From: Sphaerodactylus townsendi
Taxonomy: Eukaryota
Direction of reading: 5' to 3'
DNA: 64,000 bases
Assembly: GCF_021028975.2 (NCBI RefSeq)
Contig: NC_059427.1
Location: forward strand, 130,820,001-130,884,000
The translations under genes and the position numbers were made by a program. Under the pieces are notes generated by a model. The model saw only the letters and a program-made list of their open reading frames with translations. It did not search any database and had not been told where the DNA came from. Below are positions 34,760 to 47,499 of this stretch, one piece after another; within the stretch, counting starts at the first letter, position 1, and every line of letters begins with the position of its first letter.

Positions 34760-35515
34760 TGGCTGATCTGACCACTGGGATCCATGCCATAGTAACAAGG
34801 AGACTGGGCTACTGTAATGTACCTACTGTAATGCATTATGCATTGATCTCCCATCAAAATTAATTCTGAATCTCCAATCGGTGCAGAATGCTGCAGCTCA
34901 GATGTTATTGGGAGCTAGGTGTAGCATGCATATTACTCACATTTTGCAGATGTTCCCTTGGCTGCCCATTTGTTATTAGGCTCAGTTTAATGTATTGACT
35001 TTCATATAAAAACCCTTCATGAGCTTGGTTCCTTTTATCTGCTCAGGTCAGCATCCGCTTCTGCAGGTGCCGACCTGCAGATAGGCAAAATCACCAACTG
35101 GCTGCAGATATTCTTTCTTTTTGGAGGCCCCACCTTATGGAATGGCCTGCCCAAGGATATCAGGAAAGCTCCCATTCCCCTGGCCTTCTGCAGACTTTGC
35201 AATGCTGAATTATTCAGTATAAGGGCCTTTCAGCACAGGTAACAGGACTGCATCCTACAAAATGGTTCACAAACTTTACTTGAATAAATGATTGGGGCTG
35301 TTGTCTATATGTTTAGCTTATTGTAAGTAGGATCCTATTATGTAATTTTTGCACCTTTCTATGTGTCATTTTAATGCTTGTATTATGTTTCAGCTCTTTC
35401 TGGAGGTTCCAGACTTCTACAATCTGAATTCATTATTTACTAATTGCCTCATTTTGTTGATTATACTGACTCACTAAGTGTCATCTGCCTTTGAGTTCCT
35501 GTGAGAAAAGCAGTT
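34760..35515 (+). mobile_element. Old L2 3' fragment
   Basis: HAIVTRRLGYCN, LQSVQNAAAQML, HITHILQ..PWLP motifs followed by an L2-type 3' end. Confidence 0.75.
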
Positions 35516-37399
35516 GGTTGCTTTTTGAGGAACAATGTACTTTAGAAACCATTCTTCCCCTTCCTTCTAATACATTTGCAGAGATACTCCTGGATTTAGC
35601 TCAAGCCATCTAAGCTTGGGAGGCAGGACTTGTCTATATTCTCTGGAGTGAATAAGACATGAATCTGAAATTAAGTTCATTTGGTTCAGTTTCTGAGGTT
35701 ATTGTCACTTGTGAACATACCCCCACCCCCACCCCACCCCCAGTGAGATTTAGGAGCCTGGATTTCATGAAATTCAGGAGAATGCAGCTAGTACACATTG
35801 CCATCATTCAAACAGGTATTAAGAAAATGAGAAAGTAAGGAGATGCTCCATGACAGAAAAATGTGATCCCCCCCTTGTATTTTAAGTTACAAAATAGTCA
35901 TTCTAGAGACTTTTTTGAAAGTTAGGGATTGTAGCAGAAACTGTATTTCAGAAAGGGCCCAAAACTCCAAACCTGGCTGAGTCCTGAATTTGTTATCCAG
36001 AGCTGATGAATTACCAAACCATATCTTTGCATCATTATTAGCACTGGCGTGAAGTGATTTTTTTTTCTGGCAAGTTGAAATTTTAATTCCTGGAATTTCA
36101 AGACACTTTTTGAAGGCACTTTGAAATGCATGGTTTCAACAGCACTTAGTTACTGAAGCACCTAAAATAGATTAAAATGTGAATTGAGCAAGAAGCAGAA
36201 TATTAGAGTACCTTTTCTTTTAACCCCCCTCCCCCCCAATCACTGGTTTCTTCCCTTTCTCTCAATAGAATAATTGCTCATAACGAGCTGTTAGCTCATT
36301 ATACTGGTAACTAGATTTCTTTTTGACCTCGCTGCTAGATTCAATTCTGCCTGAAGGGATATCAAATGGAGAAGAATTAATTTAAGTTTGCCCTCAGTAA
36401 AGGTCAAGTGGTGGCTCTTAGACCTGCATCCTTCAAAAACTGCAGCGTCTTGTGCCATAGAGTCAGCCCAGCATACTACCTCTAATAGTGGGCAGCTGCA
36501 TGATTATGGAATGTCCACAAATGGAGCATGAAGACAGCAGTCGTCTCCTGCATACTTGGCAAGTGGTATTTAGAAGTCAAAGACCTCCGCCTGTTGCCAT
36601 CTTTTTGTGGGAGATTCTGATGTGGTGTAGAATTCTAAATCAAGAAGAAGGTAGGCCCCAACAGATGACATGAGGCCTTTACTGTATGTACAGAACCAAT
36701 AACCCTGTACTTTGTTGAATGGCATAAAAACTCATCATTAAAAAGAAACAAAACCTTGACATTTAACTTTCTAGATATTTCTGTTTTCTGTTAATCTGCT
36801 ATAGGTGCTAAGTTCCTATGGTTTAACCTTTTACACATTAGAAGTTAAATGATGGTAACTAGGATTACTCTGAATTCCATTCCTGGGTTTGCTGCAAGCA
36901 GAATATGATAGAGGAACATTTATGCACAAACAGGGCCACATCTAATTTTTTTGAAGGGGGCACCCCCATATATTGTATCCATATTTTTTATTTTTTTTGC
37001 ATATATACAGGGGAGCGCCCCAGAAGGCAGATCGCATGGCTAGCCTCCTTCTGCCATACACCTTTCCCGCCCTGTCACAGGGTGCCCAGGAAGCCGAGAG
37101 GCGCCCCAAAAAGGCTGAGTCGCGGCTTCTCTTGCGCGATCCGCTTACCCATGCGTGCGCACCCCCCCATCCCGGTTTAAAAAAGTGACAATCTGGTCAC
37201 CTTATGCTAGGAGGTTGGAGATCAATTGCCCATCTCTTTCTGCAGCATAAGTAAACCCTGTCCCCCCCAATTAGGCTGCTGCTAGGAAGTGGGCGAGTCT
37301 GAATTACATGGAAATAGCTCATTCTGCAGTGCATGCACCCCATTCCCTGCATTAGACTGCTGCTAGGAGGTGGGAAGGTCTCAGCCGCCCAGAAGAGAT

Positions 37400-38655
37400 G
37401 GCTACTTTCTCTGTCCAGAGTTGGATTCAGGCGGCTTAGGAAGCGGTTTGCAGAGTATTGTGACTTCAATAGACTAACAATAAACTATGAGAAGACCAAG
37501 ATTATGGTTTTTACAAGATCTTTGAAGAAATATGACTGGAAAATAAATAATGTCCCTCTCGAACAGGTCAATTGTTTTAAATACCTTGGCCTTCTTTTTT
37601 CACACAATCTCTCATGGATCCCCCATAAAAAAGCAATACTTACTCAGTCATCATCTAGTTTTCTGGAATCCTCCGTTTTTTCTATAGCAGAGGGCACTCT
37701 TTTATTCCTGCCGCATTAAAGATTTTTAATGCGAAGATTGAATCCCAATTACCTTATGGGACTCCAATCTGGATACAGGCTGTCAACCATTCACTCAATT
37801 CTGTCCAATCCATATTTTCCCATAAAATTATGGGATTACCTAACTGTGTCCCCTACGCAGCCCTATGTTTGGAACTTGGGTAAAATTCCTTGGAACTTAA
37901 AAAGCTACCACAAACTTAGAACTTTTAGATTTTGGCTGCGTCTTCATTATCTTCCATCTGAACATTCCCTTGTTTCCTTAATACTCCCAGACACACAGGC
38001 TAACCCCTGGTTTTCTCTGATTGAAAATAAAATTGTATCTATCAGTTTGTCTCTCGAATCACTCTACTCTCTTTCCTGCTCAGAAGCATACAAACTACTC
38101 AAAGACCAACTCTTAGATTGGGAATTTGCAGAACTGTATCTAGCAGCTAAAAGAACTTGCTGTCCCACCCAATTTTTAATTCCATTTGAGCAGGGTCGTA
38201 TGGCCCACTACTTATATTTTCTAACCAACACCTGCTCAAGGAGAGCCTTCACAATTGCTAGATTCAATGTTATGCCATCTGCCTTATTGCATGGCAGGTT
38301 TAATAACCTGGAAAAATCTAAAAGGTTGTGTAGCTGTAATTCTAAGGTAGTTGAAACATTGGCTCACCAGCTATTACATTGCACTAAATTTGCTAAAATT
38401 AGATCTAAATATGTCAATCTACACCCTCTCTTCCAATCTGAGTTAACAGATTCGATTAGATTATTTCTCTTGCTGAATAATTCTGATTCTGTTTTTTGTG
38501 AAGAGGTTGCAAGCTTTGTTATGGAAATAATTCAGAGCCAGTAATAATATGTATATTTCTGAGGTTATCCTTTTTGCCTTTTAAAATTTTTATGTTTGCT
38601 GTGTTTTGTTGCTGTTGTTCTATGTATGCCAATAAAGGCTTTGCTTTGCTTTGCT
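37400..38655 (+). mobile_element. RTE-X-like LINE, 5'-truncated (RT C-terminus and zinc knuckle)
   Basis: INYEKTKIMVF..LEQVNCFKYLG (37333-37719); RRAFTIARFN..RLCSC..VETLAHQLLHC (37729-38544); end TATGCCAATAAAGG + (TTTGC)n; possible TSD TTCTGCAGCA at 37237 and 38657, which would move the 5' end to 37247. Confidence 0.8.
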
Positions 38656-39010
38656 CTTCTGCAGCACACTCCCCCTTCCCCCTTTGGGTTTTCAAAGACC
38701 ACAAGTAGATGTGTCCCCTCATTGGATAGGCTTGGCCTGCCCCCTCAAAGCCGGATTTTACACCTTGGGAAAGCAGGAACAAGAACAGACGGCCTGTTCC
38801 CACATGTTTTGTACTATTAAGTTGCTTCTGACTTATGAATCAGTGACCTCCAAAACGTTCACTCATTAACAGCCTTGCTCAGATCACGCAAACTGAGAGC
38901 TGTTGGCTTTCTTTGAGTGAATCCATCTCATGGTGAATCTTCTTCTTCTTTTCCTACTGACTTCAACATTTCCTGCATTATTGTCTTATCCAGTGAGCAA
39001 AGTACAGTAG

Positions 39011-39494
39011 TGTCAGGGGGATGTGTATCTGAGTAAACAAAATGCATTTTTGAAACTCTGTAATCACCAGATATAACCACTCAATACCTCTTTGATATAT
39101 GTAACCAACCTGGTATATATTACCACTGCCATCTGTGCATTCTTTCCTTGACCTATGCTTTATGCCTTTACATGCTTTGTAGTAAACTAGGATCCCCTGC
39201 ATCTCCTTTCCCCGTGATACAAGAGTTACAACTGTTGTGGGCAGAAGATCAGGTTGTAGCCAGAATGCCAGGTGGTTCCTTTGCTATCTGTTGCTGACCT
39301 TGGGGTAGTCTCAGTTCCAGAGGCTGCCTCTGGGAAATTGGGAGGAAGGATTTGTTAGGGGATATATGGGTCTGCACATGCCCGTTTCTTTAGAACTGGC
39401 TTTGCCAAGTATGATGCTTGAATACCTCATCAATAAATGCTGATGATTGATTCTTCAGAGTCCGTTTACTGGCTCAAGGTTCTGAGACCTAACA
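39011..39494 (+). mobile_element. Solo LTR (484 bp)
   Basis: TGTCAGG...CCTAACA ends; perfect 5-bp TSD AGTAG (39006-39010, 39495-39499); TATA-like GATATAT at 39361; AATAAA at 39432. Confidence 0.88.
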
Positions 39495-40030
39495 AGTAGC
39501 TTCAGTTTAGTAATTTTAGCTTCTAGCTGCATATCAGATAAAGCTGTGAAGGAACATGAAATTGTTTCATGTTTTCAATGTCAAAATTATGTTTCCTTTA
39601 AAAAAATGTCACCAGTGATATATCCTTATCTTTAAGAATTGTTTCTAGTTCCTTCATGGTTGCCCTTCCTGGTCTCAACCTCCTTCTGGTTTCTTGGTTT
39701 CAGTCTCCATTTTGGTTGATGTAGGACCAAGGAATAGAAAATCTGTAACGGTTTCAATTTCTTCATCAACCTTACAGTTGTGTTAATTACTCAGTAGTCA
39801 TTACTTTTGTCTTCTTGATGTTCAGCTGAAGTCCTGCTTTGGCGCGTTCTGCTTCATCAGTAGTCTTTTCAAGCCTTCACAGTGTTCTTCCAGTAAGGTG
39901 ATGTCATCTGCATATTTCAAATTGTTAATGCTCCTTCTACCAATTTTTAATCCATCTTCATCTATATCTAATCTAGCTTTCGTTGTGATGTGTTCTGGGT
40001 ATAAATTGAACAGACAGGGAGATGAAATAC

Positions 40031-42180
40031 TTTGTGGGCCCAGCATGAAGGTAGTCTGTGAGGCAGGAGACAGCAACCCCAACCACACAAAGGACCCAGA
40101 AGAGAAAAGGTTAGAACACTTTGCTGGACTGCAAAATAGTCACAACTTTATTTGTTATAACAGCTAACGGACCATTGGCATAGTATGGAACGGTGGATCC
40201 AGTTATTGCTGGTATACCGCTCTGCCTCACCCCAACCAGCCTGCTGGGTGAGGGGTAGATTACACAGGATGTCAGGTAGATGGATTTTTCATGGGTGTCA
40301 GCCACTGTATGGTCTCCCCTACCATTTGGAGTGAGGGTATCTTGATACCTTCCCCTACCATTTGGAGTGAGGGCATCCCCCGAGCTGAGCACGTCCTGCA
40401 ATTAAAGGAAGAACATTAACAGCCTGGCCCAGCTGTGGCCCAAGAACATTAACAACCTGCCCCAGCTGATATGTCTCTGATTTCCACCTGCCAATGGAAT
40501 TGATGCAGGCTGGCTGAAACTCAGAGACAGCCGCACTAATGGCTGCCCTGATCTGGAATGGCTGCCCTGATCTGGCTGCCCTGATCTGGATCCAAACTCC
40601 CCTGGAGCGAGGCCCATGGAGGCCAAACATGTAAGCAAGATGCTGACAAACTGGTATCTAGTCAGGGGGAATTGTTGGCATGGGTGAGGAAAACTCCTGG
40701 GGGGGTGGGGGCAAAGTGTCAGAAAGGCTGAAGTCACTTTCACAGGGCAACTGCTGGAGCCCTGCTGAATGTCCCCTTCAGAGGTGTAGCTATAAGGGGG
40801 AAGGGTGGGGACCAGCGCACCGGATGCGCACCAGTCAGTCATGGGGGGGGGCAGAAAATAGCCCCCAGACCTCTCCCCCTTCCCTCCTTGCCCCACCTGG
40901 CCTGGCAGAGTCTGCTACCGGGCCAGCCTCACATCCCTGCCCCAGCGTAGTTATAAGGGGATGGGAGGAAACTGGCCCTGACCCAGCGTAGCTATAAGGA
41001 GGTGGGGTGGGGAGAGCCTGTCCCCACCCTGCCCCCTTACAGCTATGCTGGGATGAGGACTGGTGGCCGGTCCCGTCCCTACCCCCTTATAGCTACGCGT
41101 CCCTGCCCGGCCAGGTAAGTGGGGCACGGTGGGGAGGCACAGAGGCCCATGGGGCGGAAAACTTGGAGTCCGCCCCGGGCTCCATTTTGCCCAGCTGCAC
41201 CTCTGGCTCCCTTGCCACCTTGGTCCATCTGGGACCTACAAATGGTCAGGTGCATTTCTGAACTGAATATGCAATTAAAGGAAGAACCTTTGTGTCCAGG
41301 GCCTGGTCTGAGCAGTCTGACTTTGACCCAGCCACCAACTCCCCAACCTGGAGGGTCCCAAAGAAGGCAAATGTGAATGCCACCTCAAAAAGGGAGTTCT
41401 CAAAGGAAGACCAGCAAACCATGGGCAATCACCAAAGCAACCTTCCCAACACAGCAAAGGTGATAAGTCTTTGGGAATCAGGAGCCCTGGGGGACATCCT
41501 CTTCCACCCTCCCACTGCTCAGCAAGCAGAGAAGGATGCACAGCAGTTGGCGAATCCATAGGCTTTGCTGATGAAAGATATCATCACCAGCACCCCATCA
41601 TAGTTCTGGGTTCAAAGCCCTGTTTCCTCAAGGAGGCCAAGTACTGCAAATCCATGGCCTGCAATGTTGGCAAGGAGCTGGAACCCCCTGTGTCTCCCCT
41701 CCTCAGTTTTTGGCCTTTCAAGTTGTCCCCAGTACTTGCCCCTTCTGCCAGCCTATGCGCTCCTTTTCCGGGTTGCTAGCCAGCCACCTTTCAAGCCAGC
41801 CTCTCCTTGCCTCACCTCTGGCTGCTGCTGTGCTGGATCACCACAAAAGGGTCCATCCTCCCCAAAAACCATGAGGCTGACTGAGGCCTCCTCAGAGCAG
41901 CAGCAGCAGGATAAATATGAATGGAATGGGGTTGAGGGGAAATCCCCTTCCCATAATGTCCCTGGTCCCACCCACTGGCTTGACCCAGGCAGAGGCTGAT
42001 CAGCCCAGCTGGGGGTGGGAGTGGGTCACCCAGCCAGGAAGAAGGAGGTTGCTCAGCTGAAAGGAAGGTTTCTATGGCCTTCCTGGCCCTTTATGGCACC
42101 CACCAGCCATCAGTGGGTCGTTTTTCCTGCCCCTACCCCATAGTCCATAAATGGAGCCCAGGTAAATCTGGGCCCCTCGC
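40031..42180 (-). mobile_element. Ngaro/DIRS-like tyrosine-recombinase retrotransposon, internally deleted, with YR pseudogene
   Basis: YR motifs LQYLASLRKQG, FEVAFTFAFFGTLQVGELVAGSK, VHLTICRSQMDQGGKG, CPVK, PLTRYQF, FGS(HS)..IRAAISAA, IGRWKSETY; AATAAAGTTGTG near the 3' end; no TSD; flanking RTE joins cleanly. Confidence 0.85.
40779..41205. mobile_element. hAT-type MITE nested in the YR gene
   Basis: TIRs CAGAGGTGTAGCT / AGCTGCACCTCTG; degenerate TSD GTCCCCTT/GCTCCCTT; repeated CGTAGCTATAAGG motifs; YR reading frame resumes across it. Confidence 0.75.
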
Positions 42181-42796
42181 TTCTTGTCTGGCACCTCTGC
42201 CAATTGGAAACTATTCTGTTGTTTTACCACAGGTGGTACACCAGCAGAATTTCTATTTTATCCTGAGTCCTCAACATTGTATACATATGCTCAGAATAGG
42301 GAAGCTGGATAACAAAATGCCTAAGGAGTTTTACAGATGCCTTATAGACCACAGCCCATATTCTTCCCCTGCCCAGCAAGTCTAGACTGATGCTGCACTA
42401 AGAAACCAGGGTGGGAAATAAAGTTGGGAGAGAGCTGCCCCTCTGTCTTCACACAGCTATGCCTATATAATAATACCAAGTCAGTCTCCTCAAGACTTGC
42501 ACATACACACACAAACATCTCTCACTTTAAAAATCTTATGTGGTCCTCCCTACCTTTTATTGACAGAAACCAAGACTTGAATGCTGACAATGTGGTTGCA
42601 GTTACCTAGCAATGGCCACTGAGCTCTTTTGTTTCTTGCAGCTACAGATGCTTCTTCTATATTGAGATTAATCACCCAATACGATTTTTAAAAAGATTTC
42701 AGATTTTTCTGTAAACTTAATTGGGACTTTTTCTCAGGTTTATGTGTCTTGTCTGCCCATGCCCCCAGTGTATTAATTAAATACGTTGAAAATGTA

Positions 42797-43232
42797 TTTT
42801 TTTTTATTTTTTTTAATATTTTTATTGATATTTCGGAATTATTACAGATTTATATTGTATACTTTATATACATCCTCCATATCATTTTTCCCTCTTTCTC
42901 CCCCCTCCCTCCTTCTTCTTCTCTTCTTTAGATGCACAGCAGCAGGTCCATTCTTTTCAATCTTCTTATCCATTTTTCTTCTGTAATTCCAATTTCGTTT
43001 AGCCAGTCTTTGAATTCCATCCAAATCTCCTTCATATCCTTTTGTTTTTCTTGCCATATTTGATTTCTTGACATTGTGTCGAAAATTTCTAATTGTATTT
43101 GCTCCCATACATATTCCAACCATTTCTGCATTGTCCAGATTTTTTTGTCCTTCCACCCCAATGCTATTACTGCATGGACCGCTCTAATCATGAATTTGAA
43201 AAGTTTTCTTTTTCTTTGTTCTATTATAGTAT
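42797..43232 (-). mobile_element. 5'-truncated L1-clade LINE, young
   Basis: ORF IRAVHAVIALGWKDKKIW..W; poly(A) tail; perfect 17-bp TSD AATACGTTGAAAATGTA (42780-42796, 43233-43249). Confidence 0.92.
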
Positions 43233-43580
43233 AATACGTTGAAAATGTAGAGAATGTTTTGCAGTTATTAAAATATCTTATGCTGCTTGCCGTTCCTTTT
43301 TGAATAAGCAGCGTCTGAGTTACATCCACTACATTTTCGAAGTCAACTTTGCCAACTGTTAATACATTTTATTAAATGTCATTTTAAAATAATGCTTTCC
43401 TTCTGTGATCCCCAAAAGAAATATCCCTATATAAACTCAAATATATTTACCCTGACATTCGAAATGAAAATTTAATTTTTATTTTAGGTAATTACTATTA
43501 TGTCGTGATGGTGTCCCTCTTATATTTCAGCATTTGATATATCATAATTTCTGCTTTGTATGTAAGTATTGTGATCTTAT

Positions 43581-43950
43581 TTTCAATACAACTACCTTTA
43601 TTAGGCATATTAAAATAGACTCCAGAGCGTTACAGACATTTCTGAAGTACAAATCAAAAGTACATTCAAAACACAGACAGATAAACTGTATCTAGCATTG
43701 GACATTACTGAGAAAGTTCTGTCACTTGTACAAGAAATTTTGCTACTTTTTCCAGGAGCACGGCCTCTGTATTATTTAACAAAAGCTCCTCAACAGAGTT
43801 GTCAGAGTCTCCTTCAGGTTTGTCTAAGACCAGCCCAGGAGAGAAATTCCTAATACCCACATATCTCGGACAGTCGAATATAATGTGAGCAAGAGTCTCC
43901 ACTTGGTTTTTACAGTGTGGACAGATCCGATCCTGGAGAGGATTGTGATC
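43581..43950 (-). mobile_element. RTE-X-like LINE 3' fragment
   Basis: RICPHCKNQVETLAHIIFDCPRY..IR zinc knuckle; end TATGCCTAATAAAGG; 12-bp TSD TTGTGATCTTAT (43569-43580, 43951-43962). Confidence 0.85.
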
Positions 43951-45495
43951 TTGTGATCTTATGGTGATGAGATCAAGGTTCCTAATATAGGACTGTGTGC
44001 TGTAATAACTTTGTTCAAATTCAATAAGGTAGGTTTTTCCCCTTTTTTAACCCTCTCCCTCACAAAAAAAAAAGATGTCAGTTAATGTGGTGAGTGCTTT
44101 TTAAAATTGGGTTTTATGCTGGTATGTTGAAAACCTTTTGGATAAATTATCCTAGTTGCCACTGCTTTATTGTCTGAGGCTTTCTTTCCAAGGCACTGAG
44201 AAAAACCCATTTGGATTCTGTCATGGTTGCAAAAACAGAGATATAACTAGAACTGTGAAATTTTCACTCCAGAGATATATTAGGAGAGATCAATGATGGC
44301 ATTTTAATACTTGGAAAGTCTGGGAAGCATCATTTCTTCTAGCTAGGGAGCTATTTCAGCTAGTGTTTTTGTAGCTAGAGATGAGGAGACAAGTGAACTT
44401 GAGACAGATTGAAACAACTTCATGTTGAATATTTTATTTCAGTCTCATTTCTCTATTATTTACTTCAGCCGTATTCAAAATAGCTGTCCAATCCAATAAT
44501 TTTTAGGACTTTGGTTCAATAATTGGTTTTTTAAAAATATCTATATTTCCCAAGAGGAGATGGCTGTCATTCAGATAATTATTGTTTGTGACATAGGTTG
44601 ATTCAGCTCTTTGGAGCCACCGACAAAACACATGGGAGCTACCACTGGAATCAGCTGGGTGTGAGCCACTGCCCCAAACTATCTCACCACTGGCACAAAG
44701 TGGGTGGATACAAGCCAGATGGGAGCTGCAGGAACGTCTGTTCCTTTCCTTCCTCTTTCTATGAGGGTGCAGGGCCAGAGGTGGGTCAGGTGATGGGCAC
44801 TTTTCCGCCCCCCCCCCCCGCACAGTCTGCCCCTGCTTGAAACATCAAATCACAAAACAGTCCTGAAATAAAATATGTCACATAAGTCCCTTTCAAACTC
44901 CTTGAAAGGTACTATTTATGAGACCTTGCAAACCTCTAGGGAGAGCTCATTCCATTGTTGTTGTTGGGTAATTGAGAAGGCGGCAAATAAACAGGCATTA
45001 TTAACAAGCTTTGATCAGTGGAATGTAAGTGACATGTAGATTTGTAAGGGAGAAATGGACTTTTAGATATGTGGGTCCTGGGTGTTGAGGGCTTTAAAAA
45101 TAAATGACATTATGGATTTAACAACAGCTAAAAAACAGTTCAAAATTCAAAACATATTGTGAAGTACTTGCAGGTCCTGTGAGACTTTCCCTCTTTTCTG
45201 GGATCACTGTAGGACCTGTTGAAACCTTCTCCTTGGGAAAGATCTTATAGGTCTTTATAGGGAATACAAAAGTCATCATTGCAGTACCTGTGCAGTCAAA
45301 CATGGTCACTGGACACTTGTAGGCCTACCATGGAGAGATTTTTGAAGCTCAGAAAATGCTCAGTGACAAACTGTTCCTCTCCCCCATTCTAATTCCTGCC
45401 TTTTGCAGCATGATATGGAGGAGGTAGAGCATCCTATCATCAGTTTTCACTCTGCTGCCACTGAGAGAGCTTAGCTACTGGAAGTTCTGTCACCT

Positions 45496-45592
45496 TTTAA
45501 CTAGCACAGCAATTTAACTAGCACACCTTAACTAGCAACTTAACTAGTGCACCTTTTAACTAGCATAGCAATTTTACTAGCACACCTTTTAA
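45496..45592. repeat. Short tandem array of TTAACTAGCA units
   Basis: About six imperfect copies of TTAACTAG(C/T) with short spacers. Confidence 0.8.
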
Positions 45593-46687
45593 TGGCCAGC
45601 AATTTCTACCACATTCTACTGCCTCCCCAGAATTTAGTGTCTAAGGAATGGCACAAAAAGAACTCCTCAAAAAACAATTTGAGTCATATGGGTCAAAAAC
45701 ACCTCCTGTGCCTTGGCAAAGAGCATGAAGTCTCATTCTCATGTATTTGTGGCCTATTTATCCCCAAAGCAAGGCATGATAGAGCTTCCCACATAAAAGT
45801 GGTGCTCTGGGAAAAGGCTTTATCTGAGCAGCTCTCAGGAGGAAGATATGAGCACTGCACTGTCTTCTAATGCCAAACACCTTCAGTTCCTATGGTTCAA
45901 AGACAGACACTGACCACCTCAGGTACATAAAATAACCTTTGTTTGTGTAAACAGTATTTTTCATGTTGTTTTAAAACTACTGCAGGTATCTAGTGTGGAG
46001 AAAAACAGCACATTAATGGTTAAATAAGAAACCAAGTTCCTGTTTACCCCTTAGCTGAACGTACAGTATTAACTTACACAGTTTCGACAATCTGCTATTG
46101 TCAGTTTAAGAAAAGCTGTCTAAACAAAAAACACTGCCACCTTGAACACACAAAGTATTGCACCCTTACAGTTATTCCCCCAAACCGCCTTTTTGCAACT
46201 GTCTTCTTCATGGAATGTGAACCTGATCGGCTCATACAGATATGAATAATTTATACCAACAATTCTGGCACATAAATCAACAGAACATCCAGTCAGTAAA
46301 TAACCCACTCTCTGCACTACAGCCACAATAATTAAATGTCAGAAACCTCAGCTTACCCCCACCCCCCCACCCCTATTTTCATGCTGGAAGAACATGGCAG
46401 AGGGGCAAAACTCATAGATGTTGCTCTCTGTTGGTGTCCAGTCGTGCGCCTCAGTAATGACACTGGGCTGAAAAGATATCCAGAACCTATCCTGACTTGG
46501 CTGCTTGAAGCAGAACTTCTGATGGTGATTTGTGTGTGTGTGTGTGTGTCTTTCTTCCAGTTTTGGCAGTTGTTACTAGTGCTGTTGAGTTCGAACAGCC
46601 AAAGAGGGCAATCCAAAAGAAGAGTAGGGAATTAGATTTCCAGAGCTTTCCTCCCTTGCTGATCTCATGGTGATATACTGTCTAGAG

Positions 46688-46799
46688 CTGTGGTGGCGAA
46701 CCTTTGGCACTCCAGATGTTATGGACTACAATTCCCATCAGCCCCTGCCAGCATGGCCAATTGGCCAACATCTGGAGTGCCAAAGGTTCGCCACCACAT
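46688..46799. mobile_element. Family-B-related palindromic hAT MITE with a right-arm deletion
   Basis: CTGTGGTGGCGAACC...GGTTCGCCACCACAT; TSD (G/C)TCTAGAG; inner right arm missing after GGCCAATTGGCCA. Confidence 0.85.
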
Positions 46800-47499
46800 C
46801 TCTAGAGGCATGAACCTTGGGGTCCTACCATTAATCTTCCTGTGGCAGACTTTAAAGGAGATATGTAGGAAGAGTGAATATAAAAAATATTGTGTATGTG
46901 GTATATATTTGGTGATAAAAGGAGCTCATATCTCTGTGCAAAGGTAGAGAGAATGACACCGAAACTGAGTGGGAACTGATAACTGGGGGGGAAAAACCCC
47001 TTTCTATGCAATTAACCTGGAATGATACTTTGGGAAAGCTCTCCCTTTGTCTACATTTATATTAAAACAAGAACACCCCCCCTCACCTTAGTTCTCTTCC
47101 CTATCACTGAAATTAGCCCTGTTCAGCTGTTACGAGCCTTCTGTTCTAATAGGATCTCAGTAGCAGTTTGTGGTTAAATGTAGCAGAAGAGAACGAACTC
47201 AGAGTGTGCCCTCTCCCTCCCTCCTCCCTTCTTTATTCCTACTAGGAACTGTGTTGGCAGTTTTGTTCCCTCTGTGCAGAATGATTGTAGTTTTATGCTG
47301 TAAGCTTGGATGGACATATAGCAATGTATTATAAATGCTTGGAAGAGAATTGAATATTACCTCTCCAAAAAGTGATGAATGAAATAAGTAAAGAATAAGT
47401 ATTGCCATCATCATGGCAGGAAGCTCATATAACATTGATTCATAAAGAAGGTAATGATCCATCACTGCCACAGTCTTATAGACCTATCTTGCTGCTAAA

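Larger units (their letters stand above)
38812..42260 (-). mobile_element. RTE (BovB/RTE-1-like) LINE fragment hosting nested insertions
   Basis: FPIGRGARQ (42182-42215) joins ISSPCLFNLY...INNLKYADDITLL (39822-40030); LEAKITKLKL joins LYFAHW across the solo LTR; RTE 3' end at 38812-39000. Confidence 0.85.

Noticed and set aside
37729-38544. Longest ORF (271 aa) as a host or domesticated gene
   Set aside because: C-terminus of an RTE-X-like ORF, frameshifted from the upstream RT fragment and followed by the LINE 3' end
45496-45592. CRISPR-like repeat-spacer pattern
   Set aside because: Vertebrate DNA, ~10-bp units with 2-7 bp spacers and no cas genes; an ordinary slippage repeat
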